NCBI GenBank assembly: GCA_963825135.1
Contig: CAWGRW010000009.1
Coordinates: 992,001-1,056,000 of the forward strand
From: an uncultured bacterium
Lineage (GTDB): Bacteria > Desulfobacterota_D > UBA1144 > Nemesobacterales > UBA2774
Reading direction: 5' to 3'
DNA length: 64,000 nt
How positions within the stretch are numbered: position 1 is the first letter of the stretch; each line of letters starts with the position of its first letter. The notes beneath the pieces are model-generated. The model ran no database searches and was not told the DNA's origin. It worked only from the letters and a program-made list of their open reading frames with translations. The translations under genes were made by a program, and so were the position numbers. Below, piece after piece: positions 10,319 through 20,593 of this stretch.

Positions 10319-11734
10319 TCAAGATATGTGACTACGCCGACTCCGCTTTCTTTTCCTCATAACCCCTGAAACGGCCGCGAACAGAACCAGTGACAAAATA
10401 GCCGCATTAACCCCCGCATCCCTCGGTGAAACCTCCCCGGCGAGCGCGCATCCGCCACCGTCATTGCCGTCGCTGACTACAACGCGGCAGTCGGCAAAAT
10501 ATACCTCTATGTTCCCATCGGCGTTTCCCCCTTCGATATCCGAAGCCGAAGTGAATAGTATTCTTGTACCGTCGCCGCTTATCACGGCGGCCGAGAAGCT
10601 GCCGCCGACGCTATCGGTTATCTGCGTGGTTATGTCCGTATCAGTGTCAAATAAGAACACCTCGCTATTCCCGTCGGGATTATCTCCGGTCAGATCGGCG
10701 CGCGAAGTAAATACGAGACGGCTGCCGTCAGAGCTTATGGAAGGCCCTGAGTTGGTATTCTCACCCGTACTATCCGTTACCTGTGTAAATTGCATCGTAT
10801 TAGAGTCGAACAGGAATATCTCCCGGTTATTGTCCGGGTTCCCTCCTGTAGGATCGGTATCGCTATTGAGCCCGATTCTCGCGCCGTCGGAACTTAACGC
10901 AGCGGTGGCGCTATTCAGATCATCGCCATCCGTGATTTGTGTAAACGTCATAGAGGCCACATCGAATAGAAACACCTCTAAACTTACGTCAGGGTTGGAG
11001 CCGGTTAAGTCCGAATTGGAATGAAAGCCGATAGTCGCCCCGTCGGGCGTTATGTCCGGAACGAGGCTACTCACGCCCACGGTATTGGTTAGCTGAGTGA
11101 ATGTCGTCGTACCGGCATCGTACAGAAATATCTCCCTGTTGGCGTCCGGGTTCCCTCCCGTTAAATCCGCAGAAGAGTCGAATGCGATCAGCGTGCCGTC
11201 GCTGTTCAGCACAGGAACGATATTATCTTCACCCGTAGTATCCGTTATCTGAGTGAATGTCGCCGTTCCCCTGTCGAAGAGGAATATCTCCCTGTTGCCG
11301 TCAGGGTTATCCCCGGTCAGATCGGCCTGTGAGGACAGTGCGACAAGAGTATCGCCGGCAGACATATCGAATGGAAAACTATCCAATCCCACACTGTCGG
11401 TCAGTTGTGTTATGACAAATGTACCCGTATCGATCAGATACGCTTCGAAACTGCCATCGGGATTACCTCCGTCTACATCGGAATCGGAATCGAAACCCCC
11501 CAATGTCCCGCCCGAGTTCAAAAACCATACTTCGGACTCCCCGCCAACTGTATCGGTAACCTGCGTAATGGTGCAGTCCTCTTGAGCTAAGGAATAATCT
11601 TTTGAGATGCACATGAAAAAAATAGAGATAAAGGACACTACTGCAATTCTGATTATGCTGCCGGCAGCATAATTGCTAATCTTAGGCGTGTTACATCTTG
11701 GAATACCCATAACACCCACCCCCTTTTGCCTCAT
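10319..11734 (-). CDS. Exported TolB/PD40-like 7-repeat beta-propeller with C-terminal GGGC-TM-basic sorting signal (true start probably downstream of 11734)
   Basis: Seven ~53-aa repeats TQ.TD..G....SxDG...F.S.ADLTG.NPDGN.EIFLFD; tail GGGCALAG..TM..RKRKR. Confidence 0.85.
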   Translation of the reverse strand: MRQKGVGVMGIPRCNTPKISNYAAGSIIRIAVVSFISIFFMCISKDYSLAQEDCTITQVTDTVGGESEVWFLNSGGTLGGFDSDSDVDGGNPDGSFEAYLIDTGTFVITQLTDSVGLDSFPFDMSAGDTLVALSSQADLTGDNPDGNREIFLFDRGTATFTQITDTTGEDNIVPVLNSDGTLIAFDSSADLTGGNPDANREIFLYDAGTTTFTQLTNTVGVSSLVPDITPDGATIGFHSNSDLTGSNPDVSLEVFLFDVASMTFTQITDGDDLNSATAALSSDGARIGLNSDTDPTGGNPDNNREIFLFDSNTMQFTQVTDSTGENTNSGPSISSDGSRLVFTSRADLTGDNPDGNSEVFLFDTDTDITTQITDSVGGSFSAAVISGDGTRILFTSASDIEGGNADGNIEVYFADCRVVVSDGNDGGGCALAGEVSPRDAGVNAAILSLVLFAAVSGVMRKRKRSRRSHIS

Positions 11735-12169
11735 GCTTCACATAATAACCACATGATGCATAGTTTATGTTGTCATGCGTGTAATACCCCCCGCTTATAA
11801 TAAAATAATCATAGTTCGATTACAATCAGTATTTTTAAATACGCTCAAAACATTCTCACGTCCCTCCACTCCCTTAACCCGGACTCGGACTCGATCTCGC
11901 TTTCGGCTCCATCGGCCCCCACGCTGCCGACGTTAATACCCGTTCCGAAAACCAGAGCCAGCACAAACCGGGATCCGCAAAATCGATTGATTTACATAAA
12001 CCCATCGTGTATTGTATAAATAGTTTCATAAAGTGAACGGGAGGTTAGAGAATCTCCCCGATATATAAAGTGATCTCTTACATAAAATAGTAAGTAGACC
12101 ATTCTGAATTTATTCCATTCCTGATTAAACCAGAACGGACCCTACTCGTGAGCTTTAATCAGGAGCCCG

Positions 12170-13729
12170 ATGCGAAAACTCAGAATCGGTATAATCGACT
12201 TCATCACAAAATCCCCCAACCACTCTATATGGGCGCGCGTAATGCACGCCAACTTCATGGGCATAATGCCCCAGGTCATCGCCAAATGGAGCGAGGACGC
12301 GGGACACGAGGTGCAATATTTCATTTTTACGGGGCTCGAAGATCTGGCCAAGGACGCGCCTAAAGACGTGGACATGGTCTTCATAAACGCGTTCACTCAG
12401 TCCGCGATTCAGGCTTACGCGCTAAGCGCCAAGTACAGGCGCGAAGGCGTCGTCACGGTTCTGGGCGGCCCGCATGCCCGGTGCTATCCGGAAGACGCCG
12501 TAAAGTATTTCGACTACGTGATGGGTATCACGGACGAGGAGCTCTGCCGCGATGTGCTCGGGGACTGCAGGCCCAACAGGCCTGTCGGCGTGTATTTATC
12601 GGCAAAGAGCTCGCCCAAGTACCTTCCCGGAGTCAGGGAGCGCTGGAAATTTATTTCGAAGGCGCTTGAGAAAACCACGTTCCTCTTCAAGGTAGTCCCG
12701 ATGATAGGAAGCCTCGGCTGCCCTTATACGTGCAGCTTCTGCATAGATGCAAGCGAGCCCTATCAGCCGCTCGACTTCGATCTGATCAAGGACGACCTCA
12801 GATTCGCACGGACCAAGATAAAACGCCCGCTCGTCAGCTGGTACGACCCAAACTTCGGGGTCCGCTTCGACGATTACATGAACTTAATAGAAGAAGCGGT
12901 GCCCATTAACAGCATCGACTTCATCGCCGAGAGCAGTCTTTCGCTGCTTTCGGAGCCCCACCTGAAACGCCTCCAAAAGAACGGTTTCAAAGCTCTGCTC
13001 CCCGGCATAGAATCCTGGTTCGACATGGGCAACAAATCCAAGACCGGGGCAAAGCAGGGGATGGAAAAGGTGAAGGTCGTCTCGGAACACGTCAACCAGA
13101 TACTGAGCTATATTCCGTACGTGCAGACAAACTTCGTGGTCGGGCTCGACAGCGATAACGGGGCCGAATCCTTCGAGCTTACGAAAAGGTTCGTCGATCT
13201 CGCGCCGGCGGCGTTCCCCGCATATCCGCTTATCACGGCGTTCGGCAGGGCCGCGCCCTTGAACCTCGAATACCAGAGCGAGGACAGGGTTCTCGCATTC
13301 CCGTTCCATTTCCTTAACAACAGCCACGCATCGAACGTGAAGCCGAAGAACTATTCCTGGCCCGAATTCTACGACAACATCATCGGACTCGCGGAGTACT
13401 CGTACTCGTGGCGCTCGATATATAACCGCTTCACGAATACCAGGACGCGGGTACCCCGGTGGATGAACCTGATGCGCGCCGTTTCCACGGAGGGTTTCGG
13501 GAGGCTCCGGTATTACCGCAAGATAAGGAAGTTCCTCGACGAGGACGTGAAGTTCAGGGCGTTTTTCGAGGGAGAGACAAGGGAGATTCCGCAGTTCTAT
13601 ATAGATATGATTAAAAAGGACCTCGGCCCCCTCTGGGAATACCTGCCCGAAGGCGCTATCTACCACGACCCGAACGCCTACATCAAGTCCGAGATGGCGA
13701 AGAGGGAAAAGAAAGTCCAGACAGCGTGA
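12170..13729 (+). CDS. Radical SAM protein with N-terminal B12-binding-like domain
   Basis: VLGGPHA motif; CPYTCSFC (CxxxCxxC). Confidence 0.9.
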   Translation: MRKLRIGIIDFITKSPNHSIWARVMHANFMGIMPQVIAKWSEDAGHEVQYFIFTGLEDLAKDAPKDVDMVFINAFTQSAIQAYALSAKYRREGVVTVLGGPHARCYPEDAVKYFDYVMGITDEELCRDVLGDCRPNRPVGVYLSAKSSPKYLPGVRERWKFISKALEKTTFLFKVVPMIGSLGCPYTCSFCIDASEPYQPLDFDLIKDDLRFARTKIKRPLVSWYDPNFGVRFDDYMNLIEEAVPINSIDFIAESSLSLLSEPHLKRLQKNGFKALLPGIESWFDMGNKSKTGAKQGMEKVKVVSEHVNQILSYIPYVQTNFVVGLDSDNGAESFELTKRFVDLAPAAFPAYPLITAFGRAAPLNLEYQSEDRVLAFPFHFLNNSHASNVKPKNYSWPEFYDNIIGLAEYSYSWRSIYNRFTNTRTRVPRWMNLMRAVSTEGFGRLRYYRKIRKFLDEDVKFRAFFEGETREIPQFYIDMIKKDLGPLWEYLPEGAIYHDPNAYIKSEMAKREKKVQTA

Positions 13730-13789
13730 GGCGAGTCTCGCCCCTACTCTTTATCGGAAGCAACTGCTATATCGATTTGTCGCGCCCCC

Positions 13790-14503
13790 TCATCCTCTAC
13801 CGCGGCCGCCTGTGGTGATACCGAGAAGCCAGGCCGGATAAGACATCGAATTTTCTACGCCGAGATCGACCCCCTCTAACCCGTCGAGGAAGGTTTCGAC
13901 AGCCCGCGTAAACGCGGCGTGCATCGCGGAATCGTCCGGGTACGCCTCAAATGCCACCGTGGAGTAGGATTTCCCGCCGACTTCGAGGTCCGTGAGCTCA
14001 AAATTAATACCGCGGTCGATGAAGGCCTTCGGATCGACCTCCTCTGTGCTTCCGTTGTATGTGTCGAGCCGAATCTTCCGAAGCGCGCGCGTCTTCCTGA
14101 CGCCCACCGTAATTAATCCTTTGTTATCCCCGTCAGTGAACAGCCGATGGTATGAGTCCGGCAATTTCGCGTAAGACCACCTGATCCAGCGCTCGACCGA
14201 TCCCTGATGACGCCCGCAAAATTCGTGCACGCCGAGCGAAGCCGAGCGTCCCTTGATCTGAAAGTTCCCTTCGCGCCACTTGATGCCCATGTCGTCCGCC
14301 CCCGGGAGGAGCAGATACACGTCAGGCTTGCCGTCGAGCCTCCCCATCCATACCGGAGGGCCGAAATCGCCCTTCCTCCGAACCGGTGCGCTCATTTTGA
14401 ACCAGTCTCGAAGTAGGGGATGAGAGTCAACCGCTCCGTCGAAAAACCACCTCACCTCGTGACTTGCGAACGGTACATTCTTCATATTCATTGCCGGGTT
14501 CAC
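13790..14503 (-). CDS. CYTH-like hypothetical protein
   Basis: HEVRWFF, DVYL...GIKWREGNFQIK, FELT, SYPAWL. Confidence 0.7.
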   Translation of the reverse strand: MNPAMNMKNVPFASHEVRWFFDGAVDSHPLLRDWFKMSAPVRRKGDFGPPVWMGRLDGKPDVYLLLPGADDMGIKWREGNFQIKGRSASLGVHEFCGRHQGSVERWIRWSYAKLPDSYHRLFTDGDNKGLITVGVRKTRALRKIRLDTYNGSTEEVDPKAFIDRGINFELTDLEVGGKSYSTVAFEAYPDDSAMHAAFTRAVETFLDGLEGVDLGVENSMSYPAWLLGITTGGRGRG

Positions 14504-14674
14504 CCTCGCATTATTCTTTACAAGTTTTTATTGACCGATAGGGGCGCTCCGCCCGCCGGGCTTATTTCTCAAGTCAAATAACCCGGTTAGATAATAACAC
14601 GCCGATTTGATATTTGTTTATGCTGAAGTCAGGAATACCTTTAGCGGGCATACGGCAGTATTATTGATCATATA

Positions 14675-14842
14675 ATGGCTCGCTCATTTATCTGGATGGG
14701 GTTATTCGTCGGCTCGACCATAGGAGGTCTTGTTCCCGAATTATGGGGGGCGGGGATATTCTCAATTTCCGCAATCGTTTTTTCTTTTATCGGCGGAGTC
14801 GCCGGCATCTGGTTAGGTTATAAAATCGGGCAGTCCATCTGA
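14675..14842 (+). CDS. Small two-TM membrane protein, 55 aa
   Basis: Manual translation MARSFIWMGLFVGSTIGGLVPELWGAGIFSISAIVFSFIGGVAGIWLGYKIGQSI; below the ORF-track cutoff. Confidence 0.7.
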   Translation: MARSFIWMGLFVGSTIGGLVPELWGAGIFSISAIVFSFIGGVAGIWLGYKIGQSI

Positions 14843-15155
14843 CTTAAGCCGTGCCTCGCTCGTTTTATCCACTGAAGCTGCTAAATATTTGAACTGACGT
14901 TTAGCTCTAGCATGTTGAATTTACTCGTGGAGATTCTGAGAATCTAACCCTGGGCATATTCGCCAATAAGTGCCTTGTACCGCTCAAGAATTTGATCCCA
15001 ATCATAGAACAGGCCTACGGCCATTGGCCGCATCAATACCGGATTTCTCTCGTTTAACCGGATACTATATCGGGGGAAAGAGAAAATAGCTGTTGAAATC
15101 GCAGAGTTACCGGAAAAAATATTAATAAAACCATAAAGTCGAACGAGGGAGAACC

Positions 15156-16157
15156 ATGGATAATGAAAACACGGCAAGGAATGAGGGTACGGCCGCAAGA
15201 CCTGACAAGCTGGCTGCACTTCAGGACGCTATGGCCGCACGCATAATAGGACAAAAAGATTTGATCCGCAGCATGCTTGTCTGCCTGCTCTGTGACGGGC
15301 ACATGCTTATCGAGGGTATGCCCGGGCTGGCAAAGACCACGGCGGCGAAGACGTTGTCCGAAGCCCTTGAGGGCGAGTTCCATCGCATTCAATTTACCCC
15401 CGACCTGCTGCCTTCCGATCTCATCGGCACTGACATATATATACAGGAGACGGGCGAGTTTTCTTTCCGCAAGGGGCCTCTCTTCAATAACGTGATTCTG
15501 GCTGACGAGATTAACCGCGCGCCTGCCAAGGTGCAGTCCGCCCTGCTGGAAGCCATGGAAGAAAAACAGGTCACGGTTGGCCTCAAGACTTACAAGCTCC
15601 CTGATTTCTATATGGTTCTGGCCACGCAAAACCCGATTGAGCATGAAGGCACTTACAGCCTTCCGGAGGCGCAGCTTGACCGCTTCCTCATGCACGTGGT
15701 TCTCGACTATCCGAATCACGAAGAAGAACTCGAAATTCTAAGGCTCGACGAGGCGCTGGAAAAACAGAAAGGCACAATGACTGCGCCTGCCCCCGCCATT
15801 AAACAGGACGATATTTTCAAGGCCCGGAAAGAAGTGGCGGCCCTGTACATGGACGACAAGCTCAAGGACTACACCGTTTCTTTGGTAAGCGCCAGCCGCC
15901 AGCCGGAAAAATACAGCGAAAAGCTCTCTCAATGGATTCAATACGGGGCTTCGCCGCGAGCCACGCTGGGCATTGTTCACTGCGCAAAGGCGATGGCATG
16001 GCTTCAGGGCGATAGCTACGTCTTCCCGCATCATATTCAGGAGGTCGCATCCAATATCATGCGGCACCGAATTATTCCGACATTTGAGGCCGAAGCAGAA
16101 GGCGTTTCACGGGATCAAATCATTGCACACCTTCTGGAAGTCGTGGCCATACCGTAA
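15156..16157 (+). CDS. moxR: MoxR-family AAA+ ATPase
   Basis: EGMPGLAKT, RIQFTPDLLPSD, ADEINRAPAKVQSALLEAM, LPEAQLDRF. Confidence 0.96.
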   Translation: MDNENTARNEGTAARPDKLAALQDAMAARIIGQKDLIRSMLVCLLCDGHMLIEGMPGLAKTTAAKTLSEALEGEFHRIQFTPDLLPSDLIGTDIYIQETGEFSFRKGPLFNNVILADEINRAPAKVQSALLEAMEEKQVTVGLKTYKLPDFYMVLATQNPIEHEGTYSLPEAQLDRFLMHVVLDYPNHEEELEILRLDEALEKQKGTMTAPAPAIKQDDIFKARKEVAALYMDDKLKDYTVSLVSASRQPEKYSEKLSQWIQYGASPRATLGIVHCAKAMAWLQGDSYVFPHHIQEVASNIMRHRIIPTFEAEAEGVSRDQIIAHLLEVVAIP

Positions 16158-16168
16158 CGGAGACAACA

Positions 16169-17104
16169 ATGCTTTATCCTGAGTTCGAAACACTGCTGAA
16201 GCTGGGATACAGGGCGTCGAATCTGAATCTGATGTCGCAGCGCAGGGTGCGCTCTATCGTATCCGGTGACCACCGCTCCCCTTTTCGCGGGAAGGGGCTG
16301 GATTTCGAAGAAGTGCGGGATTATGCGCAGGGAGATGATGTCCGGAATATCGATTGGCGGGTAACCGCGCGCACCGGCAGGCCGCACATAAAGCTCTTTA
16401 CCGAGGAGCGCGAGCGGAGCGTTCTGATCTGCACGGATGTAAACCACACGATGCGTTTTGGAACGCGCGGGACCTTCAAATCCATACGGGCGGCAGAGGC
16501 AGCGGCGCTCTTAGGTTGGGCGGCGAGCCGGGAAAACAACCGGGTCGGGGGCTCCTTTTTCGGTAACGTGCCGGATGGCATGATGTTCCTTGACCCCGTG
16601 CGTACGCGCCGCTCGCTCTGGCGCATCCTGAAACAGCTTTGCGACCGGGGGGATTATCACAGCGATCCCGTTCAGCTGGAAGATCATTTGCGATATCTGA
16701 ATAAAGCTGTTCCGTCGGGCGGACTATTCTTCATCATCAGCGATTTCATATCGATCACGGCTAATCTGAAAAAGAGGATTAGCGATCTGCACCGTAAGGC
16801 CGACGTGGTTCTTGTTGCGGTGAACGACCCCGCAGACAAATATCTGCCGCCGGTGGGTCCCTTGATCTTCAAAGACAGGAATAATGAAACCGTAACCATT
16901 GATACATCCGATAAAAAAGGCGGTAGAGCCTATGAACGGCTCTGGGCTGAGAACCGCAAGTTGCTTGAAAATACAGTCAACTCTCTCGGGCTGGGTTATC
17001 TGTCTCTGACAACGGAGGGCGACGCTTACTTCGATCTGGCAAACGGTCTGAAGAGGCTCGGCAGTAAAGGAGGCGGCAATGGACGACCTGCTTTCGCAGC
17101 TTAA
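16169..17104 (+). CDS. DUF58 protein
   Basis: GKGLDFEEVRDY..GDDVRNIDWRVTAR, EERER. Confidence 0.95.
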   Translation: MLYPEFETLLKLGYRASNLNLMSQRRVRSIVSGDHRSPFRGKGLDFEEVRDYAQGDDVRNIDWRVTARTGRPHIKLFTEERERSVLICTDVNHTMRFGTRGTFKSIRAAEAAALLGWAASRENNRVGGSFFGNVPDGMMFLDPVRTRRSLWRILKQLCDRGDYHSDPVQLEDHLRYLNKAVPSGGLFFIISDFISITANLKKRISDLHRKADVVLVAVNDPADKYLPPVGPLIFKDRNNETVTIDTSDKKGGRAYERLWAENRKLLENTVNSLGLGYLSLTTEGDAYFDLANGLKRLGSKGGGNGRPAFAA

Positions 17105-17546
17105 GGACATCAGGGGAATCGACCCCGTGAGCTGGTGGCCGCCTGCGCCGGGCTGGTGGCTTGCACCCGTCGTCGTGATCATACCGGCCGTGATCTTTTT
17201 GATCCTGCGCCGCCGCAAGCTGGCTTATGAAAGGAGCTGGCGGGCTGAAATACGCAATGTGTTTTTAGAGCTGCGCCGGAATGAAAACAAGAGCTTCAAA
17301 CAACGGGCAGCCGCATTGTCGGGCTTGCTGCGCGGCCTCGCGATCAAGCGTTATGGACGCAATGCGTGCGCCGGGCTGCAAGGCAAAAACTGGCTTATAT
17401 GGCTGACGAAAAACGATCCCGGCGGTTTCAGCTGGGATAAGGAGGGCGCCCTGTTGATAGAAGCTCCCTACTTGCCGGAAGACGGGGTCCCCGAGGTTCG
17501 AAACTGGGGCGCCCTGCTGGACGCCGCGGAAAGGTGGATGAAATAA
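17079..17546 (+). CDS. DUF4381 protein
   Basis: QLKDI...PVSWWPPAPGWW followed by a TM; standard slot in the operon. Confidence 0.9.
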   Translation: MDDLLSQLKDIRGIDPVSWWPPAPGWWLAPVVVIIPAVIFLILRRRKLAYERSWRAEIRNVFLELRRNENKSFKQRAAALSGLLRGLAIKRYGRNACAGLQGKNWLIWLTKNDPGGFSWDKEGALLIEAPYLPEDGVPEVRNWGALLDAAERWMK

Positions 17547-17547
17547 G

Positions 17548-18567
17548 ATGTTCAAATTCGCGTGGCCATGGATGGGATTGCTGCTTATTTTGCCGCTTGC
17601 CGTGAGGCTGTTGCTTCCCGCGGTGCAGCGTAAAGCATCTTTGCCGATTTTACGTTTCCCCCACATGGAGGTTCTGAAGAACTCCTTTGCCGCATTCTCT
17701 CCCGAGGGCGCGAAGTCGGGCCGTCTGTTTATAATTCTTCTCTCCTTACTCTGGCTTTGTCTCGTGCTGGCGTTAATGCGGCCCGAGACCGTGGACCAGC
17801 TGACCGAAGTCGAAAATCAGGGGTACGATATCATGCTCGCGGTTGATCTTTCCGGTTCCATGCGCGCGCTCGATTTCTCGGAAGGCAGCGAGCGCGTCGA
17901 CAGGCTGGACGTGGCAAAGAGGGTGGTCGGGAATTTCGTCGAGGACAGGAAAAACGACCGCATAGGACTCGTCCTGTTTGGTGATCACGCCTATCAATAC
18001 GCCCCGCTCACGCAGGATACGCATGCGGTGAGCAAAATGCTCGACGAAACGGTCATAAGCATGGCCGGGGACGGAACGGCTATTGGCGACGCTATTGGGC
18101 TCGCAGTTAAGGGCTTGCGCGACAGGCCCGAAAAATCCCGGATTATCATACTGCTGACAGACGGCGAAGACACGGCCAGTTCCATTCCGCCGCTTCAAGC
18201 CGCCAAGCTGGCCAAGGATTACGGCATCAGGATTTATACGATTGGCATAGGCCGCAAGGGTCTTGTTCCCTACCCCGATCGGTACGGGCGGGTAGTCATG
18301 GTGCAAACCAGTCTTGATGAAAAATTGCTTCGGCAAATAGCCGATACTACGGACGGGAGCTATTTCCGCGCCGCTGATTCGAACGCTCTGCAGGAAGTGT
18401 ACAAGCAGATAAACAAGCTGGAAAAAAGTAAAGGTGAAACACGGCAATATCTAATCCGTACCCCGCTATACCGTTATCCGCTCGCCCCGGGGCTCGGCTT
18501 ATTAGCGTTGATAGCCCTGCTGCCGCTCCTCTCGCGGCGGGCCGGAAGGAGACAATATGGATTTTGA
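17548..18567 (+). CDS. BatA-like VWA protein
   Basis: FAWPW N-terminus, DLSGSM MIDAS, TAIGDAIG, LLTDGED. Confidence 0.93.
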   Translation: MFKFAWPWMGLLLILPLAVRLLLPAVQRKASLPILRFPHMEVLKNSFAAFSPEGAKSGRLFIILLSLLWLCLVLALMRPETVDQLTEVENQGYDIMLAVDLSGSMRALDFSEGSERVDRLDVAKRVVGNFVEDRKNDRIGLVLFGDHAYQYAPLTQDTHAVSKMLDETVISMAGDGTAIGDAIGLAVKGLRDRPEKSRIIILLTDGEDTASSIPPLQAAKLAKDYGIRIYTIGIGRKGLVPYPDRYGRVVMVQTSLDEKLLRQIADTTDGSYFRAADSNALQEVYKQINKLEKSKGETRQYLIRTPLYRYPLAPGLGLLALIALLPLLSRRAGRRQYGF

Positions 18568-20593
18568 TTTTCTTCCCGCCCCTTTCCATTTTGCCGAACC
18601 CGTCTGGCTATGGGGCCTGGCCCTTGTGCCGCTTATCTGGTTATCGTATATCCTTTTTTATCGCCGGGGTGTCCGGACGGCGGGGAGATTAAAGGATTTT
18701 GCTGATGCTCACCTGCTGCCCCACCTGCTGGCAGAAGAAGAGAAGGCCGGAAAGAAACAAAGGCATACATGGCCGGCCCTGCTGGCATGGTCTCTCATCT
18801 GGGCATGCGGCCTGCTGGCGTTAGCCGGGCCCCGCTGGGACTATACCGAGGTCAAAGCATTCGCCCCCGCCCGTGATCTCCTCATCTTGCTCGACTTATC
18901 GAGATCCATGGACGCACAGGATATCAAGCCTTCCCGCCTTGCCCGCGCCCGGCAGGAAATAGAGGACATTCTGAAGGCCTCTCAAGGCACGAGAGTGGGT
19001 CTGATCGCCTTTGACACCGTGCCCCATTTGATTACTCCGCTCACAGACGACAAGGAGACCCTAAACCGCCTTCTGCCCTATATGAAGACCGACCTGGTTT
19101 ATGTACAGGGAAGCTATCTCGCCCCTGCTCTGGAAATGGCCGGACAGATGTTGAAGACGGAAACGGGCGATGAAAAAAATGTTCTGATATTAAGTGACGG
19201 CGGTTTTGATGACGGCGATGCCACCATACTGCAGGCGGAACAAGCTCTCAGATCACAGGGTGTGCGAATCTACGTTATGGGCACGGGGACCGCGCAGGGT
19301 GTGCCCATACCGGACGGTAAAGGCGGCTACATCAAACAAGACGGCACACTGGTTTTTTCCCGTCTCGAAGAGAGCCGATTAAAACGCGTTGCCGGCGACG
19401 GCGGAGGATTCTATGAGCAAGCCGGCTATCTGGGCGACGACACGCAAACGCTTCTTTCCGGAATACAAAGCGTTTCGGCATCAAAACCGGGGGCGGAGAA
19501 AACAACGCGATATTGGGAAGAACGGTTTTACGTATTCCTGCTCCCATTTGCTCTTCTGATCCTTCCCTGGTTCCGTCGTAACGCGGCGTTCCCGGTCGTG
19601 ATTGCGGCCCTTATTCTCACACAGTCCGCACAAGCGCATGCTTTTGACTGGGACAGCCTGTTCCTGAACAAGGAACAGCAGGGTGAAAAGTACGTGAAAG
19701 AAGGACAGTATGACAAGGCCGTCAAAGAGTTTGACGACCCCTACCGCAAGGGCGTGTCACAATACAAGTCAGGGAATTATAAAGCGGCGGCCGAATCCTT
19801 TCAGGCGGCGGACCGCCCTGAGATAAGGACAGACGCGCGCTATAACCTGGGCAATGCCCAGCTCATGAGCGGCCGGATAGAGGACGCTGTCAAGACTTAT
19901 GAAGATATCTTAAAATCGAACCCCGATCACACGGACGCGCAGCATAATCTGGAAATTGCTAAACAGCTTCTTGAAAAGCGGCAGCAGAACAATCAGCATC
20001 AAAAGGACCAAAACAACCAGCAACAACAGGGCTCTCAGGATAGCAAAGAAAATCAGAATAGCCCGCAGAATAATCAGGCGCAAAACCGGCAGCAGGATCA
20101 AAAAGGCCAAAACGACCAGCAGCAACAAGGCTCTCAAGATAACAAAGAAAATCAGGACAGCTCGCAGAATAATCAGGCGCGAAACCAACCGAATGAGCAA
20201 AACAGCCAAGGAGAGGCCGACAGTAAGAACAACGATAAAAACAGTGAAGAACAAAAGCGCCGGGGAGAGGAGTCTTCCGGTAAGCAGGGGGAGCAGAATA
20301 AAGCTCAACAGGCGGAGGAAAATAAAGAGGGTCAGGACACCGAACACGGCGAGCAGCGAGCCGAGGAGCCGGGTAATGAACGTACCGGACAGCCTGATTC
20401 GAAATTCGACGCCGAGAAAGACCAGATGCAATACAGTCCCGAAGCGCAAGAACAAACGGCCAGAACACAGAAGGACATCAATGCGGATCAGTGGCTCAAC
20501 CGAATTGAAAATGATGCGGAGTTGTTCCTGAAAAATAAATTTTATATCGAATCGCAGCGCTACAAGGCTAAAGAAGGTGAGAATCCATGGTGA
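18557..20593 (+). CDS. BatB/BatC-like VWA-TPR fusion with Q/N-rich tail
   Basis: DLSRSM, PSRLARA, TPRs (YNLGNA), low-complexity Q/N region, QWLNRI..D. Confidence 0.92.
   Translation: MDFDFLPAPFHFAEPVWLWGLALVPLIWLSYILFYRRGVRTAGRLKDFADAHLLPHLLAEEEKAGKKQRHTWPALLAWSLIWACGLLALAGPRWDYTEVKAFAPARDLLILLDLSRSMDAQDIKPSRLARARQEIEDILKASQGTRVGLIAFDTVPHLITPLTDDKETLNRLLPYMKTDLVYVQGSYLAPALEMAGQMLKTETGDEKNVLILSDGGFDDGDATILQAEQALRSQGVRIYVMGTGTAQGVPIPDGKGGYIKQDGTLVFSRLEESRLKRVAGDGGGFYEQAGYLGDDTQTLLSGIQSVSASKPGAEKTTRYWEERFYVFLLPFALLILPWFRRNAAFPVVIAALILTQSAQAHAFDWDSLFLNKEQQGEKYVKEGQYDKAVKEFDDPYRKGVSQYKSGNYKAAAESFQAADRPEIRTDARYNLGNAQLMSGRIEDAVKTYEDILKSNPDHTDAQHNLEIAKQLLEKRQQNNQHQKDQNNQQQQGSQDSKENQNSPQNNQAQNRQQDQKGQNDQQQQGSQDNKENQDSSQNNQARNQPNEQNSQGEADSKNNDKNSEEQKRRGEESSGKQGEQNKAQQAEENKEGQDTEHGEQRAEEPGNERTGQPDSKFDAEKDQMQYSPEAQEQTARTQKDINADQWLNRIENDAELFLKNKFYIESQRYKAKEGENPW
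20000..20197 (+). repeat. Two diverged tandem 99-bp (33-aa) units inside the Q/N-rich linker
   Basis: QKDQNNQQQQGSQDSKENQNSPQNNQAQNRQQD / QKGQNDQQQQGSQDNKENQDSSQNNQARNQPNE. Confidence 0.85.

Noticed and set aside
10480..11580. Periodic DNA repeats that could be a CRISPR array or DGR repeats
   Set aside because: They are degenerate coding repeats of the propeller protein; no identical repeats, cas genes or reverse transcriptase
12121..12153. SAM-II or SAM/SAH riboswitch suggested by CTGATTAAACC and AACGG-N8-CGTGA
   Set aside because: The required pseudoknot partners and conserved cores are not present
13728..13747. GTAG-type REP (minus strand GTAGGGGCGAGACTCGCCTC)
   Set aside because: Single short copy; equally explained as a small hairpin between convergent genes
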